Shown: positions 1-13,879 of the stretch, in pieces
Position numbering within the stretch: position 1 is the stretch's first letter
Layout of the letters: every line of letters begins with the position of its first letter
Assembly: GCA_028534125.1 (NCBI GenBank)
Contig: CM052818.1
Location: 44,580,001 to 44,644,000, forward strand
Origin: Lama glama
Taxonomy: Eukaryota
Direction: 5' to 3'
Length of the DNA: 64,000 nt
Position numbers and translations under genes: made by a program
Notes under the pieces: generated by a model
What the model saw: only the letters and a program-made list of their open reading frames with translations
Databases searched by the model: none
What the model was told of the DNA's origin: nothing

Positions 1-464
1 CCACTCTTCAATGAGTAAATCAAGGTCATCGTGCAGGATCTGAGACTTCCAAAGCTGGCAGGATCCTGACTGAGCTGTTGTCCCAACACCCTCATTTTAA
101 AGAAATAAGCCCAGAAATGGCAAGTGACTGAGGCTGCGCTCCTCCCACAACAGAGACAGAGCCAGACTCAGGTTCCCGATTTCCAGTCCTGGGATCTTCC
201 CTGTGCGCATGCCTCAGGACTGGCTGGCGTAGCTTTCCCTTCACAAATAATTGGAAGTAGCTAGTGATACTCCCTCTGTTGAATAACTTGTTTGCAAATC
301 TGATAACACCTCCATTTGGAAGCAGAAAAGGATCTGTTCCCCAATCCTTAACAAAGGACAAGGTCAGGGCCCCGCCTGGCAACAGCTCCTAGGACCCATC
401 AGCGCCTGCGCCCTGGGGCTGCCCAGACTGAGCACTGAGGATGTTAACAGGGAGAACACTTCCA

Positions 465-1205
465 CCTCACAGCTATTTGGATGGCTACTATCTAGAAAGC
501 AGGAAAAAACATGCATTGGCGAGCACGTAAAGAAACTGGAACCCATGTGCACTGCTGGAGGGAATGCAAAATGGTAAAGCTGAAGAACACAGGATGGCGA
601 TTCCACTAAAACATCAAAAACAGACCGATCATAGGATCCAGCAATCCCACTTCTGGGTACAGCCAAAAGAATTGAAATCAAGGTCTCAAAGAGACAGCTG
701 CACTCCGTGTTCATAGCAGCATTATTCCCAATAGTCAAAAGGTGGAAACAACCCAAGTGTCCATCGACGGATGAATGGATAAACAAAACGCGGCATTATA
801 CGCATCACGGAATACTATTCAGCCTTAAAAAGGAAGGAAATTCCGACGTATGCCACAACACGGATGAACCTTGAGGGCATTATGTTGAGTGAAATAAGCC
901 AGAAACAAAAGGACAAATACTGTACGATCCTACTTATGTGAGCCACCTAGAGCAGACACACTCACAGAAACAGAAAGCAGAGCAGTGCCAACCAGGAGTG
1001 GGGACAAGGCACGGGGGAGCTAGTATTTAGTGGGGACAGAGCCTCCCTTCAGCAAGGTGGAGAGCTCTGGGCTGGACGGCAGAGACCATCGCCATGTGAA
1101 TACACAACCACGTGAATGTATGTATATTAAGTCTACTCAACTGTACACTTAAAAATGATTAAAAGACTACATTTTATGTATGTGTATTTCACCACAATTT
1201 AAAAA
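465..1205 (+). mobile_element. Old L1 (L1M-type) ORF2 end and 3'UTR fragment
   Basis: Typical L1 3' motifs: GATCCAGCAATCCCACTTCTGGGTA, GTGTTCATAGCAGCATTATTC, CAACCCAAGTGTCCATC, GGATGAACCTTGAGGGCATTATG. Confidence 0.9.
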
Positions 1206-2253
1206 CCTTTTTACAAGGTGAGGTGGGGTGAAGGAGAACACTGCCATTAACTAAAATTCATTTTGGGAAGATGAACATTATTTGGTTAAAAAGTTGCTCT
1301 GGGAGAGGGCTTGGGCCCAGGAGGAGCAGGGAGAGGGTGAGCCCAGGTCTCCTCGGGCAGCGGCTTGGCCAGAAGGCGAAGGCCACTCTCTCCTTTACCT
1401 GCTCCTCCTCCAGGATCTCTTGGGAGCACCTGCTGGCGAATACATACAGAGGACAGAAATACACAGCTGGGCACGAGTTCCCAAGTTTCACTTTTGTCAG
1501 TCCCACGTGTAGTGCAAGGATCAGGTAAGAAGCTAATCTGACTGACGTGAAGAAACCAGGCCAGCGGGCTCCCTCCCTCCTCCCTGCCAGCCCCCCTGCC
1601 ATGGTGTTCAAGAAGACACGGTGGGGTGAGGGCGGCAGGCACCGAGGGGGAAACTAAAGAAAGTGCCTTTGTGACCCAAGAGTAACCAAAGACAAGTAAA
1701 GCCGTGCACAAGGAAACAACAGTTCACACGTCCAGTCCAACAGCACTGAGACACCTGCTCTCCACTCACCCCATCCCAAATTACTTCTAGACCTACTAAT
1801 TTTAATCTCAGAATGAGGCAGGAAATACCTTCTTCACCTGACAAGGCTTCATTTACCACTGAAAACAGGATTCCACAACCCGAGTTCAGAAGGTTTTCCG
1901 GGAAAGCTGAGCCAAGACTCAAAAACCCTCCAACCAAACTGGGGTTCTCTGAGCTGGGCTGTGGATTTTCAGAGCATCTCCCAGGTTAAGAAAAATGGAA
2001 ATAAATTTTTAAGCGTGACATCCTCTAGCTTGACGTCCTGGAAAAGTACGAATTTTCTAAGGTTATTCCGTCCCAGTGGAACGCTGTCTCTCCGGATACC
2101 CTTTCCTAACTTAGAATCCACTTCAGTGCTTGTATTAGACGCAAACAGATAATACACCACGGAACACAAAAACCCAAAAGTGTGTTCCCACCTGGATCCT
2201 ATCTACAACATTAATGATAAACAGGGTGTTCAGCTTGAAGAGCATCAATTATT

Positions 2254-2382
2254 TTTTTTAACATTTTTTATTGATTTATAATCATTTTACAATGTTGTGT
2301 CAAATTCCAGTGTTCAGCACAATTTTTCAGTCATTCATGGACATATACTCACTCATTGTCACATTTTTTTCTCTGTGAGATG
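2254..2382 (-). mobile_element. Young, heavily 5'-truncated camelid-type L1 3' tail with an 18-bp TSD
   Basis: Perfect direct repeats TGAAGAGCATCAATTATT at 2236-2253 and 2383-2400. Minus strand ends in AATAAA plus an A-tail. Confidence 0.85.
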
Positions 2383-5281
2383 TGAAGAGCATCAATTATT
2401 AAAGCTAAATACAGGTGTTTGAATTATTTTAGGCCAAGCCCCTTGTCAACTCAGGAATCACTGTCCCACTCATTTATCAAGCAAGCAGATAAAAGGGATT
2501 TTAATTCCCTTTCTAGTTCTCTCAAGGAGATTATTATCAAAGGCATGTTATCTAGGAAAAAACAGTTTCTCCATTTAATCTCGTGGGTGTGCTCCCCGGA
2601 AATGCAATGGTGATGCTCTGGCCGACAGCGTCCAGATCCGAGCTGCTCCCCTCCAAGGGGGCCGGCAGAGCAGGGTCAGGGCTGAGACGCCTCACCTTAG
2701 CAGAGGTCAAAAGAGTACAAACCTGTCTCAACAAACACACCTCTCAACGTCCCCACTTTTGTTAAACCTTTCTCACCTTTACTTTTCTTTCCACCTTCTT
2801 CTCTTTGAGAACTAAACGTCCCACAAAGAGTTCTACCATCACTCCTTAATCTGTGTTCCCACTGCTGCCTCCGTGTCCTCGTCTGCATGTCAGGGTACCT
2901 GGTTCATCTAAACGCCCAAATAGCTCACTGTTTTGAGAACTGGACTCCTCCTGGGCCCTCCGGTTCAGGGAATGCCTCTCATCCTGGACGGCTGCTTGAT
3001 GAACGCAGATTGTCATTTGTCAAGTGACAAGGAGAGACCTCGTCCTCCAAGCTGCCTGCCCTCCTTCAGGACAGGGAGGTGCCTCCTCACCTCTGGGCAC
3101 CCGGCTCCTCACGTGGCGCCCGTCCCGTCCCAGGGACCCAGGAAATGTTGCAGCCACACGTGGCCACGATTTCTTTAACTACTTCCCAGGCTGCCTTGGA
3201 TGGCATTCTCCAGCGTTTGCCAGGAGCTTAATCTCAAATAACCATCTATTAAGTAAGCTAGGTACCTCTGAATTAAATCTATACTTCTTCCAAAAAGTGA
3301 AAATGCTTTATTGGTTTGGAACACTTCTGCTTTGGTTCGATGGAAACAGAGGATGTGCCATCAAAGCGGCCTGCGTCCTACTCTCACCACATCGAAGCAA
3401 ATGCGCACCCAGAGCGAAGGACTAGGGCTCCGCGGAAGCCTACTTACTCCTGGTGACCAGACGGGAGCAGTGGGAGGTGGGAGGATGCTGAGCCGTGTCG
3501 TAGGGGGCTCCACTTACCCAGGACACAGATGGCCTCAGGGCTGTCAGACCACACGGGCGTGCACAATCGTCTAATGTTCTAATGACGAATAAGCAGGCAG
3601 GTCGTCACATAAAGAGAAATGAGGAGACGTACTAGAAGCAATGAAAGAGAACCTGACCATACTCCAGTGTCAGCAAAGGCGAACCCGTGGTTCATCTTTG
3701 AAAGGACATCCAGAACGAAACAGAATTTCAGGCTCTCTGAGAAAACAAATTCTACTGCCGGGTGACATTAAATTGCTGTCTGTCGGCCCAGCCCCCCGAG
3801 ATTGATGCTTGTTTTCGTGAGGCTCCCTGGGGAGCTGCGGGTGCAGCCTAGATGAGCCAGCTTCTTACCTGACACAGTCACTGGCAACTCCAGGATAATT
3901 ACTGGCGGCGAGAAGTTAAAATGATGATTATGAAGAAGATTTAGATGGGTTTGGAAAAAACAAAAAGGGTTCCTACCAACTTTAGAGAGAAAGGAATATT
4001 CCAAAGCATCAGACCCAAGGCCCATCCCAATTTTGCTGCAAATCCTTAACTTGTCGCTAATCACTAATATCACTTTTTCCTGAATCCCAGGCAAAAGGCC
4101 ACACAGCCTCCACAACACATTTACTCAGCACTTCGCAATACACAGAACTCCTCTGCACAGGTGGGCTCATGTGACACAAATCAAGCAGCCCTGTGCAGCA
4201 CTCAGAACCAGCATTACCACCCCACTTCCGACGAGGAACGGGGGCGCCAAGCTTGTGTGATGTTCAGGATAGCATGACCAGTAAACAGCAGTGAGGACAG
4301 GAACCCGGGTTGAACCCCCGGCCTCCCGTCCTCCTTGGCATAGAGCTGCCACCCCATCTTGCTGGCTACAACTGGTATAAATGGGTGAGGCCCAGTTAAA
4401 GAAAAATCAGTGTGGCTTTAGCAAGACAGATGGCAACCATCTAGTTCTAAAAATCGGCTAACATTCAGCACGTGTTTACAGGGTATCTAGGGCTATACAG
4501 ACGATCAGAGATCATAATTAAAGTTGGAATTGCTGAGAGACAGTCCCGGGGCCAGGGTGGAAGGCACAATTTATGAGACCAAGCTTCAAAGAGAATTGAC
4601 TGACTTATCAGAGGGAGTGAGCTCCCCATCAGCGGGAGTATTCACAGAATCTAAACCATGATTTGACAAAGAGGTTGTAAAGGGAATTCAAGAACGTGGC
4701 TCTAAGTTGATGCTTCTATGACCTGGTCATAGCAACATCATGAAATCAAGTCTTCACCCCAAGCAAGAAACAAGGGGTTTGGAGTTGTTGGTTTTTTTGG
4801 TTTGGGCTTTTCTGGGAGGTGGGTATAGGGGAGAAGGGTTTGTTTTGGGGATTTTTTGGTCACATCACAAAAAATCCCAGACTTGCAGACACCGAGGCAC
4901 ACCCACCACCTCCAAAGTAGCTTGGTTAAGTCTGGTATGAGGGGACAGCGCAAAAATTCAACAATTAGAAAAAATTAAGAAAATGGGAATGGTTCCCTCT
5001 CAGGAACATAAAACTCGTGAAGACAATGCCCCAAACTAAATTCACTGCAAACAGTTCAGATAACTGGCTCGTAATGCACTTCTGGAAAACAAACAGGCCA
5101 GGAAAGATAAAGGATCCGAGTCTTAAAAAAAAATAGAAACTGCACAAAATTGGAGGTGTGGACCAAAAAAAAATGTTGCCTGCCATTTGAGTAAACAACC
5201 AACACAGCCCGCTATCAAGCCATCAGCCAGGCAGCTGCCGGGGGCCCTGAGCGGGATTCAGGATGGAGAAAAACAAGAAGG

Positions 5282-5610
5282 GTTATAGACAGTCAAGATG
5301 GATCAAAGGAATGATCCCAGCGAGTCCAGACTCTTGCACCTTCCCATACACAGAAAGCACTAAAGTCATTCACTTGAGATGTCCGGTTTTTCATGATTAG
5401 CAGTAATCTTTTAATGTTCGACTACACTTTTTTCAACAAAAACTTATCTATATCCTGGCTTCTCCCTCATTTCTTTGGAAAGGCCCCCCAGAGCAATCTG
5501 AGAGGCAGTCTTCCCAGGCTACAAGTCTCAGTAAGGACACCGAATAAATGTAATTCTCAACTGTTAGGTTGTGTGGTTTTGTTTTTTGTGTTTTCTTTTT
5601 CCAGTGGGCA
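5282..5610 (+). mobile_element. Probable ERV1-class solo LTR (MER41-like, cetartiodactyl type)
   Basis: 3' end GAATAAATGTAATTCTCAACTGTTAGGTTGTG...CAGTGGGCA resembles ERV1 LTR R/U5 ends. Boundaries and family are approximate. Confidence 0.5.
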
Positions 5611-8600
5611 GGAGTCAGGGGCCAGGATGTGCTTGTCTTCCTCCAGCTCTGTGCCTGGGGGCAAGGAGTTCACACAGCCTCTCAGATGAGGCCTCACCAG
5701 GAGTCATCGGTCATTGGTCATCGGTCATCGCAAGCCTTATACAAGATGATGACTTTGGAATAAGACATGCCCTTGGAAGGCACAGGCCGAAAGTGAATTA
5801 TTATTATCATTTCTCCCCTGGGCAAGTGACGAGAGAAGTCAGACTCAGTCACTGGCTCTGGGTGTGACATTTTCACAAGTATTCACAACCTCCCTCAGCT
5901 ATACCTCCTCAGGGCCTCTCAGAATTCTGCTAAATCCAAAACCATCCCCCACAGCCCACAAGGAGCCAAAGGTCAAAACCCCCTCCTTTGTTGGGTCTGT
6001 GATCTGAAGACATCTTCTGCACTTTGTGCTCAGAATGAGTCATCACTTCCTGGAGCGAGCTGGCCCCATGCACCGCACCGAGTGTCACCTCTGCACTCTC
6101 AGCAGGTGCCGAAGGGCCACTTGTGGAATCAGGGCTTAAGGCACAGGCAGGGAGCTTCCTGACTGGAAAACCAACCCCACATCCCCTGGGGCGAGGCCTC
6201 CAGCTCCATGTTCCTGTAAGCAGCAGGACTACACATCCAGACAGCCAACAGCCAGTGCTCTCCGGGGCAGGCAGACACCAGCCAATCACCGATCACTGTC
6301 CAGCCTGCCAGCCACCTGGGTTAAAGGAGTCCATCTGAGAGACTTCTAAACACCCACTGAGATTCCTGGCAACACCAGGCAAAAATAATCATGGCAGCAA
6401 ACCCACGAGACACAACCTTGTAAATCCACTGTCCATTTTCACTTACCATTAAGGCTGGTACACTGTCCTGATGGTGATGAGAAAAAAAAGTGTTTAAGTT
6501 TGCTTGCGCATTTACCATAATGATGCAAAGGATATAATTTTCTCATTTTGCAGAGAAAGAAACTGCGCTTTAGAATTTATATAACTTGAGCAGGATAGGG
6601 CATAAAAGCACTATTCAAATGCAGGTTAAGTCGATATCCAATAGTGTGACAATCCTGCAGACCTCCTGTGTGACCTGACAGATTGACCTACAGAGGGGAC
6701 AACACACACAGACTTTAAATTAAATATGCAGGAAGGTATAATGCACAGCATTTGAAAATATATTCACTTCTCCAACGGTAAGGCCAAAATTGTCTACTGT
6801 GGTACATTCCAATAGTTTTATTTTCTTTTCCTAAGCCAGAGTCTGGTTTGGAAATTGGTCCGCTTGCTCCAGAGCCAGGCCTGTGCTGGCTGGTCAGTCC
6901 AGGAGCAGCAGACCAGCCTCACTCTCTGACATCTCCAGGTGGCACACGTAGGCGAGCAGAAGGTGCTCGCGGCAGGTGCACAGACTTGGCTGAGTCCTGC
7001 CACCAGCTAATAGTCGGGGGCAAGCCCCAGGGACCCTGTAGCTCCGAAAAAGGTCTCAGTATTTTTGAGTTAACATAGAAAAAGGGCACAGAGATTTTAT
7101 TAGTAAAATCTAAACTGAATATCCATGGATAAAATCTCCTCTTTATCCAGATCTACCTTAAATGTCCGAAAGTGGGCTCTGAGGACTGGTGAGTGACTGG
7201 CCAATACTCACCTGCACTTCCTACACACATCTACTCCTGCAGGCCGAAGATCACACAAATGCTCACCTGTGCCTGGCACTGGGCGTGGCACCAACCAAGA
7301 CTAATTTCTGTCCCTGAGAGGCTGAAAGTCTTATATCTTAACTGGCTCAGTGACTGAACAACCGAATATGGATGTCCATTTATAACCTTTCTGAAAACAA
7401 AAGGATGTGCCTTGGGAGAGCGAGCATTTTGTTCACTGGGGGTATTCAAGACACTGGCTTTTAGTCACTTAGGACCATTCTTCCTCAAGAGCAGGGCAAA
7501 ATCTTCCTCCCTGGGGTTCTCCCCGGAGTTCCCTGAAGCCTGGGGATGTCTCATTCTTCACTTTCCCAGTGGTCACCGGCCATCTGAGGATAGCTATGTG
7601 ACTGCCCCTTGGGCCGAACACTCTAGGAAGGCGCTGTCGGCCCCCCAGCTGGGCCTCAGAAGGATGGGTGGGGGGACCCCCGGCTGCTCTCTGAGCACAT
7701 TCCAGACTGTGTCTCCATGTCTGGGGTTCAAATCTGAGGCCTGACCAGCCCTGAGTTAAAACATAAACATCGTGCTGCTCCAGGGCTGGCGAAGATCACA
7801 TTCACCCAGGAGGTTATGGGACAAACGCTGGTTTTCACACGAAGCATTATTAAAAAAAAAAAAAAAAGACAATTTCTAAGAAATCCCAAAAACAGACTAA
7901 TAAGATTTACAGTGAAAGGAAATTGGTTTATAAATAATACAACTTTCTCTTGCTATTCATATAAACAGCAAAGAGGAAGTCTTTTTTTTTTTTTTTTGGA
8001 GTGTTGCACGTTGATATTTATCAGCTGGCAAGGGTGATAAATTACACAAAAATGACCAAAAAGGAAGTATGACTTAGGTGCAGTGTGATGCAGGGAAAAG
8101 AACGCCAGACTGAAAGTCCGGGTGCCTAGGTGTCGCCCCCAGCCCTGGTGCGCTGGCCGCACACGTGGGGGCAGGTCCCTCCCTCTCGGCGGGTCTGGAC
8201 GGAGTGAGCCCATCAGCTGCTCCACACATTAGTCCGATCGCCCTGAACGAACGCTTGGAGAGGCTGCCTACATGAAACAGCAAACGCATGTGTCCATCGA
8301 TACCCTCGGGCATTCGGGGTCTTTATTGGTGCACCAGTGTTCTTCAGGAGATGCTCTGGTCCAAAGTAAGAAAACTCACTAGAAAAGCTCAAGATGCTTT
8401 TTAAAAGCTTGCAGGTGAGACATACTTCCTGACAAAAGTGATGAAGCAGCAAAACCAGCAGGCCCTGGAGTCCCTGCACCCAAGCCCTTTCTGAATGAAG
8501 CAGGTCAGAGAAATCCAGAGCTCCTGCCTGGTGCAGCTCAGCTTCAGGCCCAGACGAGGGGCGAGCTAGCTCTAGGCCGTCCGGCAGGAAGCGGGGTTTG

Positions 8601-9079
8601 GCAGGAGGTGTGGGGAGTGACGTCTGGGATTGAGGGGTATGTTACCCCACAGAAGTGAGTCAGGAAAGTGGGTGCCCAGAACAACTCCAGACACGCAGGA
8701 AAGAGTAAGAGTGGGCATGGGAGGTTTTCTTCTCCTTCAAGGCCCCCCACATGGCAGGAGACCCCACACTGAGGCTAATCTGCATGACCCCCTGCACAGA
8801 GCATTAGTCACCCCAGTCTCCTGTGCTTCCAGAGGGGCAGCGCTGCTAACACTTTATCAGGATAAGGTAATGGAGGTCTCATGGCTTCTCACCACATTGT
8901 TACATCAGAAAAATCAGCATTTCATCCAAAATTGGCATCTCCAGGGTTCACAAATTGCCAAGAAGCATAGTTTTCTTGGAACTTCTGCCAAAATGCAAAA
9001 CCCCAGCCATAGCTCTCATAACCCCGCAGTTTGACTAAAACCATCCACCTCCAGAATATTTAAGGTCAATCTCAGATGG

Positions 9080-9810
9080 CCTCAGATCAACCCAATAGAA
9101 AAGTGGGCAAAAAAGAGAGCAAGTTCAGAAAGAAGTCCATTTGGTCAATGATAAATGAGAAAACATCCAATCCTATTCCTAATTTAAGATACACAAATCA
9201 AAGGAGGCCTATCAGTTGGTCCCAAATCAAAGCATTTTATAAAAACCCGAGGGTTGGTAAGAAAGGGGGAAAAACAAATGCTCATCACTCACTGCTGGTG
9301 GGGTCACAAACAGGGTAAGCATTGCAGAAATACCTGTCACTTTTTTGCACCGACCGGCAAACCCCAGCAATTCTGCTATAAAATCCATGTATAAAACAGT
9401 AATCACCACATTGATGATAACAGGGAAAATTAGAAACAAATGCCTGTAGGACTTTGGTAAGTAAATTATGGGCCAGCCACACCGTATAGCTGAGTATCAT
9501 TAAGGTATTAAAACAAAAAAAGGGAGAGGGAAATACTGTCCACAAATGCTAACATGAAAAGGTATATATGTTGCATGAAAAAAAGTACAAAAAATATTTC
9601 AATTATGAACCCAGTTTTAAGAATTACATTTATGTATATTCTGATATGCAGAAAAAAATGCTGGTTTACACACCAAACAAGGTTCACAGGCTCACCCCAG
9701 AACCAGGTCTGGGGAAGGGGAGGAGACCCTTCACTTTTCATCATAAATGTTTCCACAGTATTGGTTTCGGGGTTTTGTTTTTATATGTGCAGGTATGACT
9801 CGAGCATTAA
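9080..9810 (+). mobile_element. Ancient L1 (L1ME-like) 3' fragment
   Basis: A-rich sequence with CAACCCAATAGAAAAGTGGGCAAA and ACCCCAGCAATTCTGCT motifs. Confidence 0.7.
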
Positions 9811-12800
9811 TTTTTAATGACCTCAGAGAACTGGGTAAGGGATGGGAAACTCTGGCCTGCTCAGTGTCGGGGTCTCCCCGTCACGGAGACAGGAGGATAT
9901 GATGGGGGAGGGAGCTCCTGCTTTGGTCAGGAAGGTCAGATGGGTGACCGCTCCTCCAGTGCTGGGATTTTGCAACACTTGGATCTTATAATCCCATGTG
10001 ATGAGTGTTCTCAGGCCCCTGCCAAGGAGCACAAAAGGCACTGGCAGTGGGGGATGAAGGCGTCTGAACTGCACTGTGGCCAATGTGCTGGGCAAAAGAG
10101 ACCCCAGTCCCCTGGCTCTTGACTGTGTAACTCATTACTCAGAGCACAGGGTGTTGCAGCCTCTCTTTACACACCTGCCAGGGCCCGCCCTCCAGGTGTG
10201 TGTCTTGGTCAAAAAGAAAGCCCTGCTTTTGTGACCCTGACTTCTGCAGGACCCCTGCCCACTCCACCCAGCAACTCACGGCGGGACTAAATAGCACCTG
10301 GACGCTCAAGCGCGCAGCCTACAGCTCAGGGGGTAAGGATGCGGGCTCTGGAGGCGGATGCGGGCTCTGGAGTCAGATGGCTGGCTGGTGTTCATACCCC
10401 AGCTCCACCACCCACTAACCCATGACCATGAGCAAGTTACTAACCTCTGGGCATCTCATTTCGTATCTATAAAACAGGTAGCAGATAACAACAGCGCCCA
10501 GTGGGTAGGATTGCTGTGAGGTGGTACACGTGTAAAGCACTTCTCCAAGTGCAGAGCTGGACTGTGAATTAAGGCTGCAGCCTGCCAGTGCTTTGTATAT
10601 GCCAATTATTTAAACTGCACCTTCCCAAAGAGACAGGGGCAAAGAATATCACTGGTTAAAATCAACACAGAAATACCAGATGGGTATGCTTAGATTCCAG
10701 TTGGCTGGGAATACATTTCCATCTTGTCCAAAAACCTGAGCCCAAAGGCAACCCCGAGACTGGGCCTCTTTGGGGATGATGCAGGGTTCACCGGCAGGAA
10801 CTTCCCTGGCCAAAGCGGCTGCGGGGGGCTTCCCTTGCTGGTGCCCAGTTATCCCATGACCCTCACTGCTTGTCTTGCCCTTTGTAAACCAGAGGTGTGT
10901 GCCTAGTGAGACCAGTGAATGCAGAGGAAGATTTCACCAAAAAGAAAGAACATGTGTGTCCAAGGAGACACCGAGCCTTCTGAGAACAAGGCACCTGGTG
11001 TCAGCACGCTGGTCTGTGCCCCCAGAGACCCGGGCCAGACGTGTGTCTCGAATGCAGCGCCCGTAGTCGGCCTTGTGAGCAAACAGACAGTCAATGCATA
11101 GCCCTGACTCTGCTCTAACAGCCCACAGCTTTTTTCTGGAAAGCGCAGCATTCAAGCACTAGCAAAAAGTGGTTGTGAGAATCGCAAACCTGCTCAGTGG
11201 GTTGAGAGATGCAGTTATGATCACCAGCGTGGAAAAGCGCCTCTCCAGATGGAGCCCCGTCCACTGGCTCCCACTGGGCCTCCAGCTGGACAGTGGACAT
11301 GGCACAACCACCCTGGGCCAACCCCTGCCCCACGAAGGCCCCCGCAACACACCAGGCACTCTGTCCCACACACCTCTCTGCCCCCCACCCCCCCGAGCTC
11401 ACTCACACACACACACACACAACACAGCTAAAACAAGTTTCACAAAACAAGACCTAACCTAAGATCAGTATGTCCCGGCCTGGTGTTTTCTTTTCTATTC
11501 TGTTTTATTAAAAAATGACTCTGGATCTACTAAACTGATCTTCAGACCAGTGGGTCCCAAGCTGAGTGGTAAAAAACACAGACCCATGTCCATTCCCAGG
11601 GGTCCCCGCAGGCAGAATCTCAAATCCCTCAAAATATTCCAGCTGCTCACAACCCAGTCCCTACCCCAGCCCCAGATGCTGCTCACTTGTTTGTTGAATA
11701 AAAGGGGGAGGGGGGGAGACATGGGAAGAGGAAGAAGTAGCGGAGCACAGGAAAGTGAGGAGGACACAGGAAGGGGGGCCACATTCTCCCTGACAGCCCC
11801 CACCACCGGCAAGAGGCTCTCCCCACCTCACGGCTCAGGGCCCTGGTGCAGTCCCCACCCAGGAGCCCAGCCCAAGATGTCCCCAAAGCTGGACCTGCTG
11901 CCACGAACAAAAGCAGGCATCGGGCCCCTGCTCTGTCTCTAGACCCTCCGCTCACACCTCCGCTCACAGCTTAGAAAGCTCACATTTCAGGAAACAGCCA
12001 TCAAATAGGCACTTGAAGTCATCTATACATGAAGAACGTGTCAAATCGTTGATGGGCTTGTTGCAGCTTTGCCCAAACTCTTTTCACAAATCCCATTCAG
12101 ATTTTAAGTGAGTGGGCTTAGCCCGTAATGACCCAGGCCAGGGTTCAGTGAAATGTAACAGGTGGGACTCTGCCCCCGCCTCCCCGGGGAACTCGCCCCG
12201 ACGCTGACACTGCCATCACTCAGCACCCTGACAGCCCGGGGTGCTCACACCTCGCCTCGGTCACGCTGAGGAAGTTGAATGCAAACAGGTCAGACCACCA
12301 GCCTCAGTGTCCTAACGTGATCACTGTCTTCGAGGTGTGCCTCAAAATGCTCCAAGAGCCGCCCCAGCCAATAGGCCCACAGCCCTCACCGATCCCCAGG
12401 GGCACGCTTGCCAAATCAGTCCATCTTCTTCAGGGACACTTTAGACCTCAACGCCAGAAGAGAAAGGACCCGAGAGATGCCAACTCACAGTGTGAGAGGG
12501 GGTCCCACAGGGATGACTGACAGCCCAGAGACCAGCGTTAGGCAGGACTGTCCCAACCTTTCGAATAGCCCTCCTCACTGGCACCTAATGCTCCTCCCTT
12601 AAAGTAACAATGACCACAATGAGTCACTGACAGCCCCCACTCTGTCCCAGGGGCATTTGTAGATCTCAGCTAACTTTGACAGTAACTTGTGAGTGGGGTG
12701 TGATTATCTCTTCATCTCAGAGATGAAGAAACCGACACTCAAGAGAATTTGTCTTTGGCCCAAGTTACAGTAAGTGCCAACTCAAAGCCAAGTTCTCCGC

Positions 12801-13879
12801 ACCAGCCTGGGTCCCCAGAAGGCCATGGTGGCCTCGGGCCCTTTTTTGAAATATCTTTCCACCTCTCTGGTCCTGGGCCCTGAGTGCACCTGACTGGACA
12901 GAGGGCTGTCCCACAGACATCCTTCTCGCCAGGCTGGCCACCGCACCCCCTCCAGGGCAGACCTCGGCTCAGCCTTTCCGAGGTCCCCCCAGGACCAGGA
13001 GATCCATCAGTCCCTCACCTGAGTCCCGTGGAACAAGACTCAGCAGGTCTGCCCCCTGCAGCTGTTCTTTTCCAGAGAGCTAAGATTTTTGATGACTGAG
13101 ACCTGGGATGGTGAACGCACTTGGGGACGGCCCCACAGCAAGCTGAGGCAAAACTGAGAAGAGCCCGGGGCCTCCAGACCCACTAAGTTCCAGTCGGGGG
13201 CTCTGTCCAGGCCTGGACCCCCAACACCACATGGCCCGACACACAATCAGGCATAAAAGCTCAGAAACACACACCCATACACAAAAACACTGCATAATAA
13301 AACAGATACTGGCAAACATAAAGCACTATCAAAATACAGAACAGTAAGGCAAACTCAGATCTCCCAACATTTCTAGGGGGGAAGAAGCTTAAGTGTGCAT
13401 TCATTTCTAGATCACTATACATTCCTCAACTGCTTACTTTAATTCTTAAGACCCATATTATAGGACAGGCGATCAACAGTAAAGTTTGCAACCACCACCC
13501 AGCACCCCTCCCATAAAAACGTTTTTCGTAAGTTCATCTTTCCAAAACACTCCTACTCTCCTGGGGAAACTACCAGCTTCTAAAAACTCTCCAGATCAAG
13601 ACCACCAGTTGTTTCAGTCAAGCTTCCTGTTTGGTGGTCACACACTGGGTTGACATCTGCTTTCTTCAGCAACCACCCTCCACACAAATTATCAGCCAGT
13701 CAATCTAGACACACTCTAGCTCTATGGCACTCAAAGTTATTTCCAAAAAACTGCATCCTATATTTGCCGAGCCCTCTCCAAAATAAAATTATTCGTATCT
13801 GATGGAAGGCCTCGCACCCATTAGGCTGTAGGAAAGGTGCACGGAGGCTGGCAGAGGGGGACCACACTGTAATCTGAGA

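Noticed and set aside
364..786. 140-aa ORF MFIHSSVDGHLGCFHLL...
   Set aside because: Well-known antisense translation of L1 sequence.
4716..4732. 17-bp palindrome CTATGACCTGGTCATAG
   Set aside because: Overlapping half-sites match no standard receptor spacing; one such palindrome in 64 kb is plausible by chance.
3510..7320. Isolated strong minus-strand donors (TGG|GTAAGT ~3517, CAG|GTGAGT ~7211, CAG|GTGAGC ~7266)
   Set aside because: Such motifs occur by chance at this density; no further support.
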